DNA from: Ranitomeya imitator
Taxonomy: Eukaryota
DNA length: 64,000 nt
Assembly (NCBI RefSeq): GCF_032444005.1
Contig: NC_091290.1
Span: forward strand, 8,804,001 to 8,868,000
Direction of reading: 5' to 3'
A program made the translations under genes and the position numbers. Positions 37,401 through 48,400 of this stretch are shown in pieces (the first letter of the stretch is position 1; every line of letters starts with the position of its first letter). The notes below the pieces were generated by a model. It saw nothing but the letters and a program-made list of their open reading frames with translations, was not told where the DNA came from and searched no databases.

Positions 37401-37694
37401 GTTCTGCGCTTCCTCCTCGCTTTTCTAGTTGAGGTAAGACGGCAGCTCCTCAGTAATGTGCCGGGTGTCCTCGTAGGTTCTCTCCCTCACCGATGGTCTC
37501 CGACTCTTCTTCAGGTGTCCGCCCGGAGCGACCAGAACAAGATGACAAACGCCAACCTGGCTGTGGTGTTCGGCCCCAACCTCCTCTGGGCAAAAGACGT
37601 GGCCATGACCCTGAAAGCCATAAATCCCATCAACACCTTCACAAAGTTCCTGCTCGACCGCCAGAAGGAGCTGTTCGAGGACATTCACTTGTAA
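13333..37694 (+). CDS. ARHGAP1: Rho GTPase-activating protein 1 (p50RhoGAP/Cdc42GAP), complete, 12 coding exons, 1317 nt, 438 aa: 13333-13471, 14306-14398, 22768-22855, 23590-23721, 25275-25361, 26114-26212, 32780-32887, 32964-33043, 34291-34368, 34815-34943, 37330-37433, 37515-37694
   Basis: All introns GT-AG and phases consistent. BCH/Sec14-like domain ([26 protein letters not shown]...[14 protein letters not shown]) followed by a RhoGAP domain with arginine finger (EGIFRRSA) and [16 protein letters not shown]. The N-terminus [17 protein letters not shown] favours ARHGAP1 over ARHGAP8. Confidence 0.97.
14306..14398 (+). CDS. ARHGAP1: ARHGAP1 coding exon 2
   Basis: [31 protein letters not shown]; tgcag|...|gtacag. 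Confidence 0.95.
15405..15915. repeat. C-rich irregular minisatellite (35-45 bp units)
   Basis: Recurrent ccgcgccgtgtcctccagactcctctcactgtgtcct. Confidence 0.85.
16741..17935 (+). mobile_element. Decayed, 3'-truncated Tc1/mariner transposon
   Basis: Terminus cagtgaggtccagaaatatttggacagtg; fragment [28 protein letters not shown]...[11 protein letters not shown] (17186..17461) resembles a Tc1 transposase DNA-binding region; many disruptions. Confidence 0.75.
18405..18732 (+). mobile_element. Non-coding hammerhead-bearing element (Penelope-like/retrozyme-like), copy 1
   Basis: 14-bp duplication gtcaatggcctcca at 18391-18404 and 18733-18746; internal inverted repeat (about 18417-18467 vs 18637-18685) around the ribozyme. 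Confidence 0.75.
18544..18588 (+). ncRNA. Minimal type I hammerhead ribozyme
   Basis: UCCACA CUGAUGA GGGG-CAAAUA-CCCC GAAA CAGCUG UC/UGUGGA: complete core, 6-bp stem I, 4-bp stem II, palindromic stem III, GUC cleavage triplet (C18582). Confidence 0.85.
19560..21410 (+). mobile_element. L2/CR1-clade LINE fragment (partial APE endonuclease + reverse transcriptase), truncated at both ends
   Basis: [11 protein letters not shown] (endonuclease); ORF 19979..21427 with [47 protein letters not shown]. Confidence 0.93.
21414..22150. repeat. 35-38 bp minisatellite; a short upstream part (19465-19557) is separated from it by the L2 fragment
   Basis: Unit ccccctatatagcgcgcagtagagcggacagatc on both sides of the LINE. 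Confidence 0.9.
22768..22855 (+). CDS. ARHGAP1: ARHGAP1 coding exon 3
   Basis: [30 protein letters not shown]; cacag|...|gtaagt. Confidence 0.95.
23590..23721 (+). CDS. ARHGAP1: ARHGAP1 coding exon 4
   Basis: [44 protein letters not shown]; |gtgagt. Confidence 0.96.
25275..25361 (+). CDS. ARHGAP1: ARHGAP1 coding exon 5
   Basis: [28 protein letters not shown]; acag|...|gtaaag. Confidence 0.96.
26114..26212 (+). CDS. ARHGAP1: ARHGAP1 coding exon 6
   Basis: [32 protein letters not shown]; |gtaatc. Confidence 0.95.
26395..30898. repeat. 46-bp minisatellite, roughly 100 copies, continuing at 32511-32630 after a Tc1 insertion
   Basis: Unit ggctcctctatatagtgaggggctctctgtgtaatgccggacacac (26461, 26507), in the ARHGAP1 intron between coding exons 6 and 7. 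Confidence 0.97.
30899..32510 (+). mobile_element. Full-length Tc1-family DNA transposon (IR/DR type, Passport-like), 1612 bp
   Basis: TA|CAGGTCCTTCTC...GAGAAGGACCTG|TA; 200-bp TIRs (30899-31098, 32311-32510) with inner and outer AATTAGCATAT direct repeats. Confidence 0.97.
31228..32232 (+). CDS. Tc1 transposase, 334 aa, uninterrupted, DD34E
   Basis: [15 protein letters not shown]...FSDESKF...FQHDLAPAH...[11 protein letters not shown]...KGFPTKY*; 34 residues between the second D and E. Confidence 0.95.
   Translation: MGKTSDLTDVKKAIIDTLKQEGKTQKEISQQILCSQSAVSRHLNGKSVGRKQCGRKRCTTRRGDRTLRKIVEKDRFQTLGNLRKQWTESGVETSRATVHRRVQEMGYRCRIPQVKPLLNHKQRQRRLTWATEKQHWTVAKWSQVLFSDESKFCMSFGNQGARVWRKTGEKEMPKCLKSSVKYPQSVMVRGAMSAAGVGPLCFIKGRVNAASYQEILEHFMLPSAEMLYGDEDFIFQHDLAPAHSAKTTGKWFTDHGITVLNWPANSPDLNPIENLWDIVKRKLRDARPNTLDELKAAIEASWASITSQQCHRLIASMPRRIEAVISAKGFPTKY
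32780..32887 (+). CDS. ARHGAP1: ARHGAP1 coding exon 7
   Basis: [35 protein letters not shown]; proline-rich linker; |gtgagt. Confidence 0.95.
32964..33043 (+). CDS. ARHGAP1: ARHGAP1 coding exon 8
   Basis: [26 protein letters not shown]; |gtcagt. Confidence 0.92.
33070..33795. repeat. 31-bp minisatellite, about 23 copies
   Basis: Unit agtgatgtcacagtacagggataatacacac (33101, 33132). Confidence 0.93.
34291..34368 (+). CDS. ARHGAP1: ARHGAP1 coding exon 9 (arginine finger)
   Basis: [25 protein letters not shown]; |gtgagt. Confidence 0.96.
34815..34943 (+). CDS. ARHGAP1: ARHGAP1 coding exon 10
   Basis: [42 protein letters not shown]; |gtaagt. Confidence 0.96.
35139..35187. repeat. (CATA)n microsatellite abutting a Tc1 left end
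   Basis: Perfect catacata run. Confidence 0.95.
35186..36773 (+). mobile_element. Tc1-family transposon, near full length, frameshifted transposase
   Basis: TIR ends accaaaagtttggccacac / gtgtgtccaaacttttggtctgtactg; ORF 35614..36390 ([17 protein letters not shown]...WSDESKF...FQQDNDPKH) then frameshift before SPDLNPIE. Confidence 0.92.
37330..37433 (+). CDS. ARHGAP1: ARHGAP1 coding exon 11
   Basis: [34 protein letters not shown]; |gtaaga. Confidence 0.95.
37515..37694 (+). CDS. ARHGAP1: ARHGAP1 last coding exon
   Basis: [59 protein letters not shown]. Confidence 0.96.
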   Translation: MSARSDQNKMTNANLAVVFGPNLLWAKDVAMTLKAINPINTFTKFLLDRQKELFEDIHL

Positions 37695-40600
37695 ATCTGA
37701 CTGTTCCTGCTGCGACATGTCACCACTGCCAGCCGAATGCTGCCCGGCCCCTCCACCGCGTCACCGTTCGCCCTGCGTCTGCATGTGCCACGTTGGAGCA
37801 GCTTGTAGCACCGGGGTGCGTGCCAAATACAACGCCACCCGCATGGGGGCGACAGCCGGCACCTCTGGTACACACAGCAGCACTCCCGTGTGAGCGGTGT
37901 GGCATGTCGGGCGCGAGGCGGTGCACAAAATGATTGATGGAACCCCCCAAACAACGCCTCTGTCCGTATCCTCTCCTCCACATTCCTCCGAGCTTCTCTG
38001 TATTCACTGCCGGACGAGACCCGACCCCCATCCGTAGCTCCTGTGACGCCCAGAAGCTTTTTGGGAATTTTTTAGGGCGACTTTGTGGCACATCTCATTT
38101 TTCGCTCTGGAAGATTGGCACAAAGTTTTACTCCGGTGGTCCGGGATCTGTGTTGCCCCCTTCTCTTGCTTTTATCCCTTATGGTGGTTGTTTTTTTATG
38201 TTGTTTTATGAATATATTTTTATACACGTCGCTTGCTCTGCACAAAACCCCACAGCCGTCACGTATCTGTATATAAATGACATCCCGGGAGGGTGACCCT
38301 CAAGATTCGGCTTGTAAAAGGGAAGGAACGCCTTCAGCTAGTTCCCATAATGCATAATATCCATCAGAAAAACATGGCTGCTTCCTTCATAGAACATCGC
38401 CACATCTGGCCACAGGTTGAGCGTGGTATTGCAGGTCAGCCTCACTTATTTTAATGGGGCTGAGCTGCAATACTGCGTACAAACTGCGGACAGGTGTGGC
38501 GCTGTTTCTAGAAGGAAGCAGCCATGTTTTCCTCATCCTGTTTGAGGATTGGCCCGTGACTCGCACTTCTCGCCTGTCTACCGATGTGTGATGGGCGGGA
38601 CCACAGCGACCAGAGGAATTAATAGGGGTCCTGTATCCCCCCCTGTAATGCGGGGGCACTACTGTGCTCGGCCACCAATCTTGTACACACTGATTGGAGT
38701 AGTAGTGATTGACCACCACAAGTTGGGTGCCTAAAACTAGCCTGAGCTCCTTGTCTCCCCCTAGTGGAGGCTGCAGGTACTTACATCTACATTGTTTTTC
38801 TCTTTGCTGAGGATTTGGAGCTTTGTATCAGAGATCAGACCGCGACACGGATATTATCAGAATCGGGCTGATCCACGATATGACAGGTGACGGCAGCAGT
38901 GATGCCGGGCAGTGCCACCTCTGTCTTGTCTGTTGCTTTGTGTGCCATGTCCTTATTTCTCCCCGGCCGTTCGGTGGTGACCGGTCACGACGGTGACGTT
39001 AATGCCCTCGATGTAGCTCGATGTTCTGTGGTCGTGTTCCTGCCCTTTGCACAATCCCGTCCTTTATAAAGTGCATTTATGAATACGGTTTTGTAACTTT
39101 TCATGCTATTTTATTGCCAAATGTTTGCCTTCTTGGATGTATTGTTTTCTACGCTTTAATGTATGATTATGGCTTTACCTCCACGTGAGCGGGTTCCTTT
39201 TTTTTTCTGTTTTTGGGAGAGTCCAATGGGCGTCATCAAAGGGATTTATAAGACCTGGAGGTGGGAAACGCTGCATGTCTCCTCTTGCCGGATTTCCCCG
39301 GGGGGGCGACATCATTGTTGTGATGTGACAAATGCATGACATCAGAGGGTCCTATAAATCCGGAGACTCTAGGGATGCTGGCAAGTAGGAGGAGGGTCGC
39401 AGGGACACTGTCCGGCGGCCATGGACTAGTGACAACGTGACTGCCGGCTCAGATTCCTGGGAATCGATCTACTCGTCTCTAGTGCGGATTCATCCTTCAG
39501 CCCCAATAACCTTTTACTCATCATCATCAAGGGGAACGATCCTACTCCTGCCGCAGATCGCTGCGTCCCCCCACAGAGCTGGAATATGGGGACGGATCCG
39601 CCACAACCCCCATCATGCCCCTATTGGAATGCATTACTGATATATTTGGGATCCACAGCTCCCATAGTGTGAATGAGCACCTATTTTAGGTACACAGCTC
39701 CCATGCAGACCTATGTGTCTCCATGGTTACAGTACTGTGCAGTCAGGTATAAGGGGCAGAAGGCATGGGGTAACACGTATGTGGATGTAACGTGCCGGTG
39801 GCGATTTCTCAGTCTGCAACATCAAATTATGCCGAGGATTCAGTCTCCAACACATATCGCCGGATCTAGCGCGGTTTTTGCTGCATCGTATCATTCCCTG
39901 ATGTGGACGTGTCTGTGGCAGCCATGTTTTTCCATCGAATCCCCCCCGTAATCAGACGGAAATCATTGTTTTCGGTCGTCTCCTGCTTTGTGTGAATGGA
40001 TGTAGTCTTTGCCTACATTGCTCACGTCCTGCCCTCGGGACACGAGCCGCCGGTGGGATCGACCCCCGCGACCAGACACCATGTAATGTGTTTTTGGTGC
40101 GGACCCCCGAGGATTTGCCTCTTCCTCCTTTTCTAGTTCCCGTGTGTCGTGGTTCTGATCCGATGGTTCCTGCCTCGCGTCACGTTTTTATTCTGCTTGT
40201 GATTTCATGTTTTGTACTTCAATTTCGAAGAGGAAAAAAAAAAAATCAGTCCGTGAGACGTAACTCGTGTCCTCGTCTTATTTCTGGGCGCGATTGTTTC
40301 AGATGGGAAAACTCTTGTTTTGTCCAAAGGGGGAATTATTAAAGCGGCTGCACACGGACATAATGTGGGGGCGATCATCTTTATTTGAAATGCATGTGTT
40401 TTGCGTTAAAAATAATTTTTGAGATTGGTTTTTTTCACGGTGCATTTCTATCTTTTGCATTTTGCACCAGTTTTGGCTTTTATTGCTAACTGCAAAATGA
40501 GGAAACTGCAGCTCCACCAGTGAGCTCGGCCTGACTGGGACTTTCATCTGTCTTTCTCTGAGGTTTGCTGAATTCATTTGACCACAGGCCAAATCAAGGT

Positions 40601-42438
40601 TGAGCTGAACTTTGATGTGGTCATAAATCGTCTGAGAGGAGCTCAGAAAATAAGACACAGATTCAGTATCTGCTCGTTTTTTTGGGCACTTTTTTTTTTT
40701 TTATCTTCAATAGTCATTGCTGGGTTTTTGTTTTGTTTTTTGTGGCAAATTTTTCAAAATGGTCACATGAGAATGAGCTCGCTGACGGATTCTTGGTTTT
40801 CTCCTGACAGCAATGTGCAGGAGAAAAAAAGCCAAACGGTGCAAAATGTTTAATCAAAGCTGATTGCAAAAATTATTAGCCCCAAATTCATGGATTTATG
40901 TAAAGAAATTTGTCCGTGGAGCTGTCTCTATACACACGACAGAGATGTGGGCCCTTGCAGGCGCCGCTCGTCTTTGGGGGTGCAACATATTTCTGCCTAA
41001 AACCAAAGTGTTTGGGGGATGGCGCCATCATGTGGCGTCTGACGGACGTATCGCCGGCCATGGAATACAATGTGGATCTGCTGCGTCCCCTCACTGCATA
41101 TATCCTGCAAGGTCTGCGCCGTGTATTTACATCTTGGAAAAAAAGAAAAAACGTTTTCTATATTCCCAGCAAAGTGGAAAAGATCTGTATTTCTCATGCA
41201 GTAAATGTGCGTTTTATTTGCTGTTTTTTCCCCATTTTCTTAAAACAAGGTGTAGAAACGCCAAAGGTAAAAAAAAAAAAAAAGCGGCATATTCGATTTT
41301 ATCGTAGTTCTGCTGCAGAAAAGCAATGAAAACGCAAGTAATCTGCACAAGACTAAAGTTTTATGACCGCTGGGGATGTCGGCAAACTGGAAAGATCCAC
41401 AGCCAATTACGGTAGTTTTATTTAAGAGTTAACCTGACAAAAAGTGGGAAACTGCAGAGGAAAAAATCTGATAAGAATTCAGGTCACTTGTACGATCTGA
41501 TTTGATGCGTTTTTGCGCAGCATTTCTGCACCAATCAGCAGCGTGGGAATTTATAAGCTGATGTGACGCTGTACCCAATGCTGCTCACCAGAGGGCGACA
41601 TTGCGCTTAGAAGCAGCTGGGGGGGATGGAAACTTTCGCCTGCAGCCACCCCAACATAGAGAGCAGCCGATAAAAGCCGCGCAGAACTGTGGATATGAGC
41701 CATAATAATGTGCCGCCAACAACAAACTGCTTCTTTGACAACTGATATCACAAGACAATAGGAAAGTGATATAAAAAAAATATTGAATTGCAGCTGTTGT
41801 TTCCCCCCCCCCAAAGAAAATGTTTTTGCTTCACTTAACATGAAAAAAAACCGCAACACGTCAATTTTTTTTTTTGTAGCAGGAGCTATCAATACATTGC
41901 TAATTACAATACTTGATGTAACAAAACACAAATCTTTTAAATGTGGATTTTTCAGTCTTTTTACTGTACCTCTAGGAATCATTTATTGAGTTCAACAGCA
42001 GTGATTACTGTGCCCCCCAGTGAAGCCCCCAGAGAAAAACAACCTGTGTTGTCGGGATAAATAAATTAATGACAAATCTTCACCCGTTCATTGCAATATT
42101 AATCATGGACAGCGCTCAGATTACACGCTGATGCCCCCCGAGTGACGTCCGGACCCCATGGGCTTGTATTGATAATTCTGATCTGTGATGCGGCTCAAAA
42201 ATGGACGTCGCCAGAAGCACAAGGACATGTGAACAGCCCCATAGACTACAATGAAAACCACGCACAGAACACAAATGTGAAAAGTGACCGTGTGAACGAG
42301 GCCTTAGGCTGCGGTAAAACTGCATTAGAAAACAGGAAAGATCTATATCTTGGTACAGTGTCAGCCAGTAGATAGAAAAATATTTAGAATTGAGAGTCCT
42401 CAGTGGTTGATACCTTTTAATGGCTAACTGAAAAGATG

Positions 42439-42646
42439 CATGTAAAGAAGCTGCGGAGACACCATCACGTGTTTCTCGACGCAAGCAGTGAATAGCCAGG
42501 CCTTTCCCCGGGAAGGAACAACCACGGGAAGGGCAGCATCCTATGAAGGAAAGCCACCTATGCCAAGCATGGTATCCATCCACAGACAGCTGTTTCGGGG
42601 TTTTTGCCCCTCATCAGTGTGGAGTAGGAATCTGGCTATATTTATA
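42439..42646 (-). mobile_element. Non-coding hammerhead-bearing element, copy 2
   Basis: 14-bp duplication taactgaaaagatg at 42425-42438 and 42647-42660; same start (catgta.a.aagc.gcggagacacc) and body as the 18.4-kb copy. Confidence 0.78.
42579..42623 (-). ncRNA. Minimal type I hammerhead ribozyme, second copy
   Basis: Reverse complement UCCACA CUGAUGA GGGG-CAAAAA-CCCC GAAA CAGCUG UC/UGUGGA; differs from copy 1 only at one loop II base. Confidence 0.85.
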
Positions 42647-42675
42647 TAACTGAAAAGATGGTAACAAATTGCAAG

Positions 42676-42756
42676 CTTTCGAGACTACACAGGTCTCTTT
42701 ATCAGGCAAAGACTTTCAGTCTTTGCCTGATGAAGAGACCTGTGTAGTCTAGAAAG
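42676..42756. other. Inverted repeat of two degenerate hammerhead-like motifs of a second family
   Basis: Arms ctttcgagactacacaggtctctttatcaggcaaagac / gtctttgcctgatgaagagacctgtgtagtctagaaag around tttca. Confidence 0.65.
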
Positions 42757-45297
42757 TTTCTTATATTGGCAAATATTTGCATTCCATGTATAAAGCAAAG
42801 TGTTTTGCAGCAGTTTACTTTGTTTCTGGCTATTTAATTGCACCCAGCGCCGCTCTATCCCATGCGGCCGTATTATGTCCGGTGCAGGAATCGCTGCGGC
42901 GCTCCCATCAGGCGTGCGTGCGTGCGTCCTGCCACCCGCAGCCTCTCCCCGTCAGTCTCATCACACCTGATCAGTTCGGCAGGACGCCACGGGCAAAGTT
43001 CACAGAACGTTCAGTGCCAGGATCGTTCCTGAGAGTTCACACCCCGGACAATTGCTGCTGCCAACAACACGCTCATGACGCGCTTCTTGCCCACAATTTT
43101 GCCCCGATGCCGACCGTGACGAAGTTTTCTACCCATAAACCTGAACTTGCAGACAGTTGTTGTTAAAGAAACTTCTGCAAAAAGTCCCAATTCTGCTATT
43201 TATTTACAGTCCTAGTTTTTTTAGGGGCGATAGGAAAAAGGGAAAAAAGTGGTCCGACCTTATGGATGACTCTTGGAAATTCTGCTTTCGGTAGTAAAAA
43301 AAACCCATTGCACTGAATTTTCCATTTTTCTTTGCCATTTTATACAGCGGACGCTGTTTTTCTCCACTTGGGATGTGTTCACACACAGCTGTGGATTTCC
43401 CTGGACCCCTGATTGGTTGTTTCAGAGACAAGCACATGAATTCCGCACATCTGAATATTACCTAAGGGTGTACTTACTTGTCTACTCTTGCAGAAGACGT
43501 TCCCTGCCAGTCGAGTTGGCAAATTCCCTGGGGGCTACCGAAACAGCCTGTGAAGCCGGATTCAGGAGGCTGCGGTGACCCCATAATGTCACGATTTGTA
43601 CCCCGACCACAGCCGCTACGTGTGACTGCGCACTTAGGCCGCATTCACACATCTGTTTATCACGGACCTTCCACGCGTCTGCACCCTGGCCACTGCCACT
43701 TCATACATATATGTGAGCGCGGAAGCATCTACAGTTATATATACGCACTTGTGGATTTCTTTTTAAGTGCAGAATAAAATGTTTTTTTTCAGTACTAAAA
43801 AAAAACTCGCAATAAACAACGCAGCCAAGATAATGCAGCAAAGTGCAATAATCCGAGAGGAACATTGCGTGTTGTGCTGCAGAAAACGTGCGGCTACAAA
43901 TCAGAAAATACTGTGTGAACTGACTCTTCTTCTGACACTGGTGCTATATTGGCCCAATACTGAAGTCTGTGAAACTTTGGGCACAGACCGGTCGGGGGTC
44001 TCCTGACACAACATGTGGGCATACATGAGGCTGTGGCGCTTGTGGCTGGAGCCTCGCGGCCGCTCGGGGCGGCGGTCGCGGTTCTGAATTCGCCCTTTCA
44101 GGATCATCAGTCCTTTTAATGGGATCAGTTCAGGTGATCAGACCCATAATTGCGACCATAACACCAGTGATGCCCGCCGCTCTCTACGTCTGCGCTGTGG
44201 ATACTATCGTCTCTTGCAAATGCAAATCTGGTCAATTTCCACAACGGAAAGGTCCAAGGGGATTCAGCCTTTGTTTGTCCCGTGAACCCCAGACGCTCAG
44301 GGTGCAGCAGTATTTGGGGCCGTTGTTCTGCGACTTCGCCCTGATGGCGGCCACTGAGAAATGGATCGCAGAAAGGACTTGTACAAAGAATGACGCAACA
44401 GGATGAAAATCAAGATGCCTAAGGACAGGCACAGATAAGAATTAACTCTTTCAGCATCACCTCTGATGCATCTTCTGGAGGCTGTCGAGACCCCCTTCTT
44501 CTGGGTCGTTCACAGTAAGGATCTACTTCCGCTTTCAGGGTACAATGGGAGTGGTAGTTGGAGAGCCAGAGGATGTAGTTCAGTGGTCCTGGCTTGTAGC
44601 AGTCTAGTTGATGCAAAACTGCAACTCCCATCATGCCCTGACACCCGAAGGATAGGCTGTGACCTGCAATAAGACCAGACTATATTAACCCCCTGCAGGT
44701 TATTTGCTCTGCAATTAATGGGACCAAAGTACAGAACAAGAACCTATAAGAAAGTCCCATGTAATACGGAAGTGTTCGAGGATACGAAGGTCATAGTCTC
44801 ATCTCCAAGATAAGGTAGAAGCGATCGCAGAGGACCAATCACCGGGAGGCTGCCGAGGTTGGTTGTACAATTAATAAACAATCTAATTGATTGCAACAAA
44901 CAACACCTCAATTTAGTCTCTTGGTGCAAAACGCAAATGTCCAGACAGAGGAAGCAAAACAGTGAAGGCACTGATCCCCCGACTGTGGGGAATGTGATAC
45001 CTTCCTGTGTGTTCCCTTTTCACATTGTCTCCGTGCCCTCCTGAGGGTCCTCACCCTTTACCCCCATCCTGGCATCAGCTGTGGGATGTACCACTGTGCC
45101 TATGGCTGCCAGGTTGGACTCTTCTGAGATGTTGGGTGGTCTTCTCTGTCCATACGCTTTACCCTTGTACCTGGTGGCTCCTCCTGGGATCTTCCAGCGA
45201 GTGGCTCCAGATGGGTCATACAAGGATGGTCTCAGCCTCGTGGGCATTCAGTGTCTGCCCGTGGCTCCGTACGTTACAGCCTGTGGCTCACAGCGTC

Positions 45298-45498
45298 TCA
45301 ATTCTTCCAGCTTTTCAGCTTCCACCTGACAACTTCTGGTAGAGGGAGCAAATCAGCGCAGTCTTTCCTTGTCAGGTTACGAGCCAACGTACTGAGGCAT
45401 CGCTCCTCCAGAGATGGCAAAGTGCAGCAGCGAAGACCCAGGGCCAACTCTGTGCCAGGGCTGGTGGAAGAAGCCATGGGAAATAATGGCAGCTGCAC
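45298..45498 (-). CDS. SPSB3-like last exon with SOCS box
   Basis: ttcgcag|VQLPLFPMASSTSPGTELALGLRCCTLPSLEERCLSTLARNLTRKDCADLLPLPEVVRWKLKSWKN*. Confidence 0.88.
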   Translation of the reverse strand: MQLPLFPMASSTSPGTELALGLRCCTLPSLEERCLSTLARNLTRKDCADLLPLPEVVRWKLKSWKN

Positions 45499-48400
45499 CT
45501 GCGAAGTGAGACAGCGGTCACACACCAGCATACAATCATGTCCTGACCATTTGTATCATAGCTGCAATGCTCTGCGTATCCTGACACCTTTCTATCACGG
45601 CTGTGATGCTCTGTGTGGTGTCCTGACACCTTTCTATCACAGCTGTGATGCTCTGTGTGGTGTCCTGACACCTTTCTATCACAGCTGCGATGCTCTGCGT
45701 GTCCTGACACCTTTCTATCACAGCTGTGATGCTCTGCGTGTCCTGACACCTTTCTATCACAGCTGTGATGCTCTGTGTGGTGTCCTGACACCTTTCTATC
45801 ACAGCTGCGATGCTCTGCGTGTCCTGACACCTTTCTATCACAGCTGCGATGCTCTGCGTGTCCTGACACCTTTCTATCACAGCTGCGATGCTCTGGGTGT
45901 CCTGACACCTTTCTATCACAGCTGTGATGCTCTGTGTGGTGTCCTGACACCTTTCTATCACAGCTGCGATGCTCTGCGTGTCCTGACACCTTTCTATCAC
46001 AGCTGCGATGCTCTGCGTGTCCTGACACCTTTCTATCACAGCTGCGATGCTCTGCGAGTCCTGACACCTTTCTATCACAGCTGCGATGCTCTGCGTGTCC
46101 TGACACCTATCACAGCTGCGATGCTCTGCGTGTCCTGACACCTTTCTATCACAGCTGCGATGCTCTTTGTGTCCTGACACCTTTCTATCACAGCTGTGAT
46201 GCTCTGGGTGTCCTGACACCTATCACAGCTGCGATGCTCTGCGTGTCCTGACACCTTTCTATCACAGCTGCGATGCTCTTTGTGTCCTGACACCTTTCTA
46301 TCACAGCTGCGATGCTCTGCGTAATTAGGCCAGGGTCACACTTGCGAGAAACTCGCATCAAAACCCGGCACTCGGGACCAGAGTGTGCGACTGCATGTAT
46401 TTCTATGTCCTGAGTGCTGGCGGCAGTACCGGGTATTGATGCACCAGTTTCTCGCGTTGCACTCTTATGTGTGACCCCGGCCTTCTATTTACACTCCACA
46501 CAGTGACCCATCACGTTACCTGGTGGAGTCCGGTGAAGGCCACCCCCAGACTCTGTCTGTCTTTGTAAAACGTCAGCGTCCCGTCCTCCATGTTCAGGTG
46601 CAGACCGATCAGCGTCCCCTCCTCGTAGAACGGCTCAGTGTACTGCCTGCTGCTGCCCCCGTGCCAGATGTTGCCTTTATAAGACAGACCCCAGCTGTCG
46701 GCATCCAGTCCTGGAAATAGTCACATGGATTATTGGTTGGGGGGAATAGAGGGGATCTTGCAATGGTCCCATCAGTAGGAGCCCTCTATTACTGATTGCG
46801 GGGGGGTCCTGATAGTTTTGTTAGCTGCCTGCACTTGGGAGGGCCCCATCTTACCCAGTAGGTTGATATACTGGAAGCTGCTGGCACAGAGAGCGGCTCT
46901 GCTGGTGCCAACACCGACCATGACGGACAGTCCAGATGGCGGCTCCAGGAATTCAATCTCCCAGAAATGTTCTCCTCGTAGGAAGCCTGGACGAGGAGAA
47001 GCGAAAAATGTAAGAAAATGGGAAGAAGTGATAAGAGACTCAGACACATAAGTAGCAAAACCTAGGAATGACCTTGTACGATTCCACTTATCAGACGATC
47101 GGCCACGGGTCGCTGAAAGGAGACGTCTGCTCTCAGAACACCTGCGTCCTCCGGCCCAGTTTAATATTCAAAACCCCCCAAATCTGTGCCTCGCTCCCCT
47201 TCCCCGGTCCAGGATTGAGTCTCCTCCGCTGCTCCCGGTGTCTGTTATTGTCTGCAGCGCTGCGGTCACATTGACAGCACTGCAGGCAATCAGTGGCTTG
47301 TGCCGTCTATGGTCAATTAATAATTTTCACTTTTTTTTTTCCCCTCTCTTCCAAGAACCACAAATTTATATATTCTATCGACGTACCCACAAGAGGGCAG
47401 GAAAAAAAAAAATAAAATGAAAATGCAATTCTGTCTTTGTTTTTTGGATTTCTTTTTTTCCTGTGTTCATTGTGCAGTAAGAATGATGTTGCCATAAAAG
47501 TTAAACAATGTTACATTTTGATAGATCGACTGTTTTGCGGATGTGGAAATACACAATTTATTTTTGTTTTGCTAAAGTTCTTATTTTTTCATCTGGGAAA
47601 AGAAGAATGAATCACGATTATATTATAAATATAATATATTGTATATTCTCCTCTGGAATCAGAGGGCAGCACAGCTAAACTCTCCTTCTCTGAGGTTGTG
47701 GGTACATTTAGTGCAGCAGGGAACAATTATCAGTGTTTTGGGTGCAACACACAATGTTTCTCTGATATATTGTAACAGAATTGTGTTCTCCCTTTTGTTG
47801 GTTAAGTATTATTACACAATAGTACAGCGCATAAAAAAAATACAAAAATGGTGAAATAGGACATATAAAAGGCCGAACAGGGCAAGACACAGGGCTAGAA
47901 TATGGAGACCTCATACTGATCGGGTCAGCGAGATCCTGCTCATCTCCTGGGTCGGACCCTCGGTGTTTGGGGATGAGAGATATTAAAGGGTCCCTCCCAG
48001 CAAACCCTTCCTCCTGGTCACCTCCATGCTGGCGATTGCTCACGGTTTTGCAGTGATATTTAGTTTGACGTTTTATTCACATTTTTGTTTCATTTTTCAC
48101 TATTTTTTACTCAGTCCCCATAGGGAACATGAACCTGTGTTGATTTGTTCCATACACTGCCATACCACAGGCTCAGATACATAGGGGGATAATGGAGGCC
48201 TTCAGTGGGCTCCCACCTGCCATCACAACCCACCAGCTCCCCGCGATTATACAAGCCGATGCCTGAGGAGTCCATGAGTGGCGTTCGCTCTGCTCCTTGG
48301 CCGAGCTGAACGTTCAGGGTGTGGGGAGGTTGGGAAAGATGGCTGTCGTCTATCCTACAAGCATGGGATAGTAACAATTGAAGCCGATTACCCTCGTGCT

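Noticed and set aside
39065-39070. TATAAA as ARHGAP1 polyadenylation signal
   Set aside because: Plausible variant signal with U-rich downstream sequence, but not distinguishable from other candidates without 3'-end data
45251-46138. 295-aa His/Cys-rich ORF
   Set aside because: Product of the 39-bp repeat, antisense to the SPSB3-like gene
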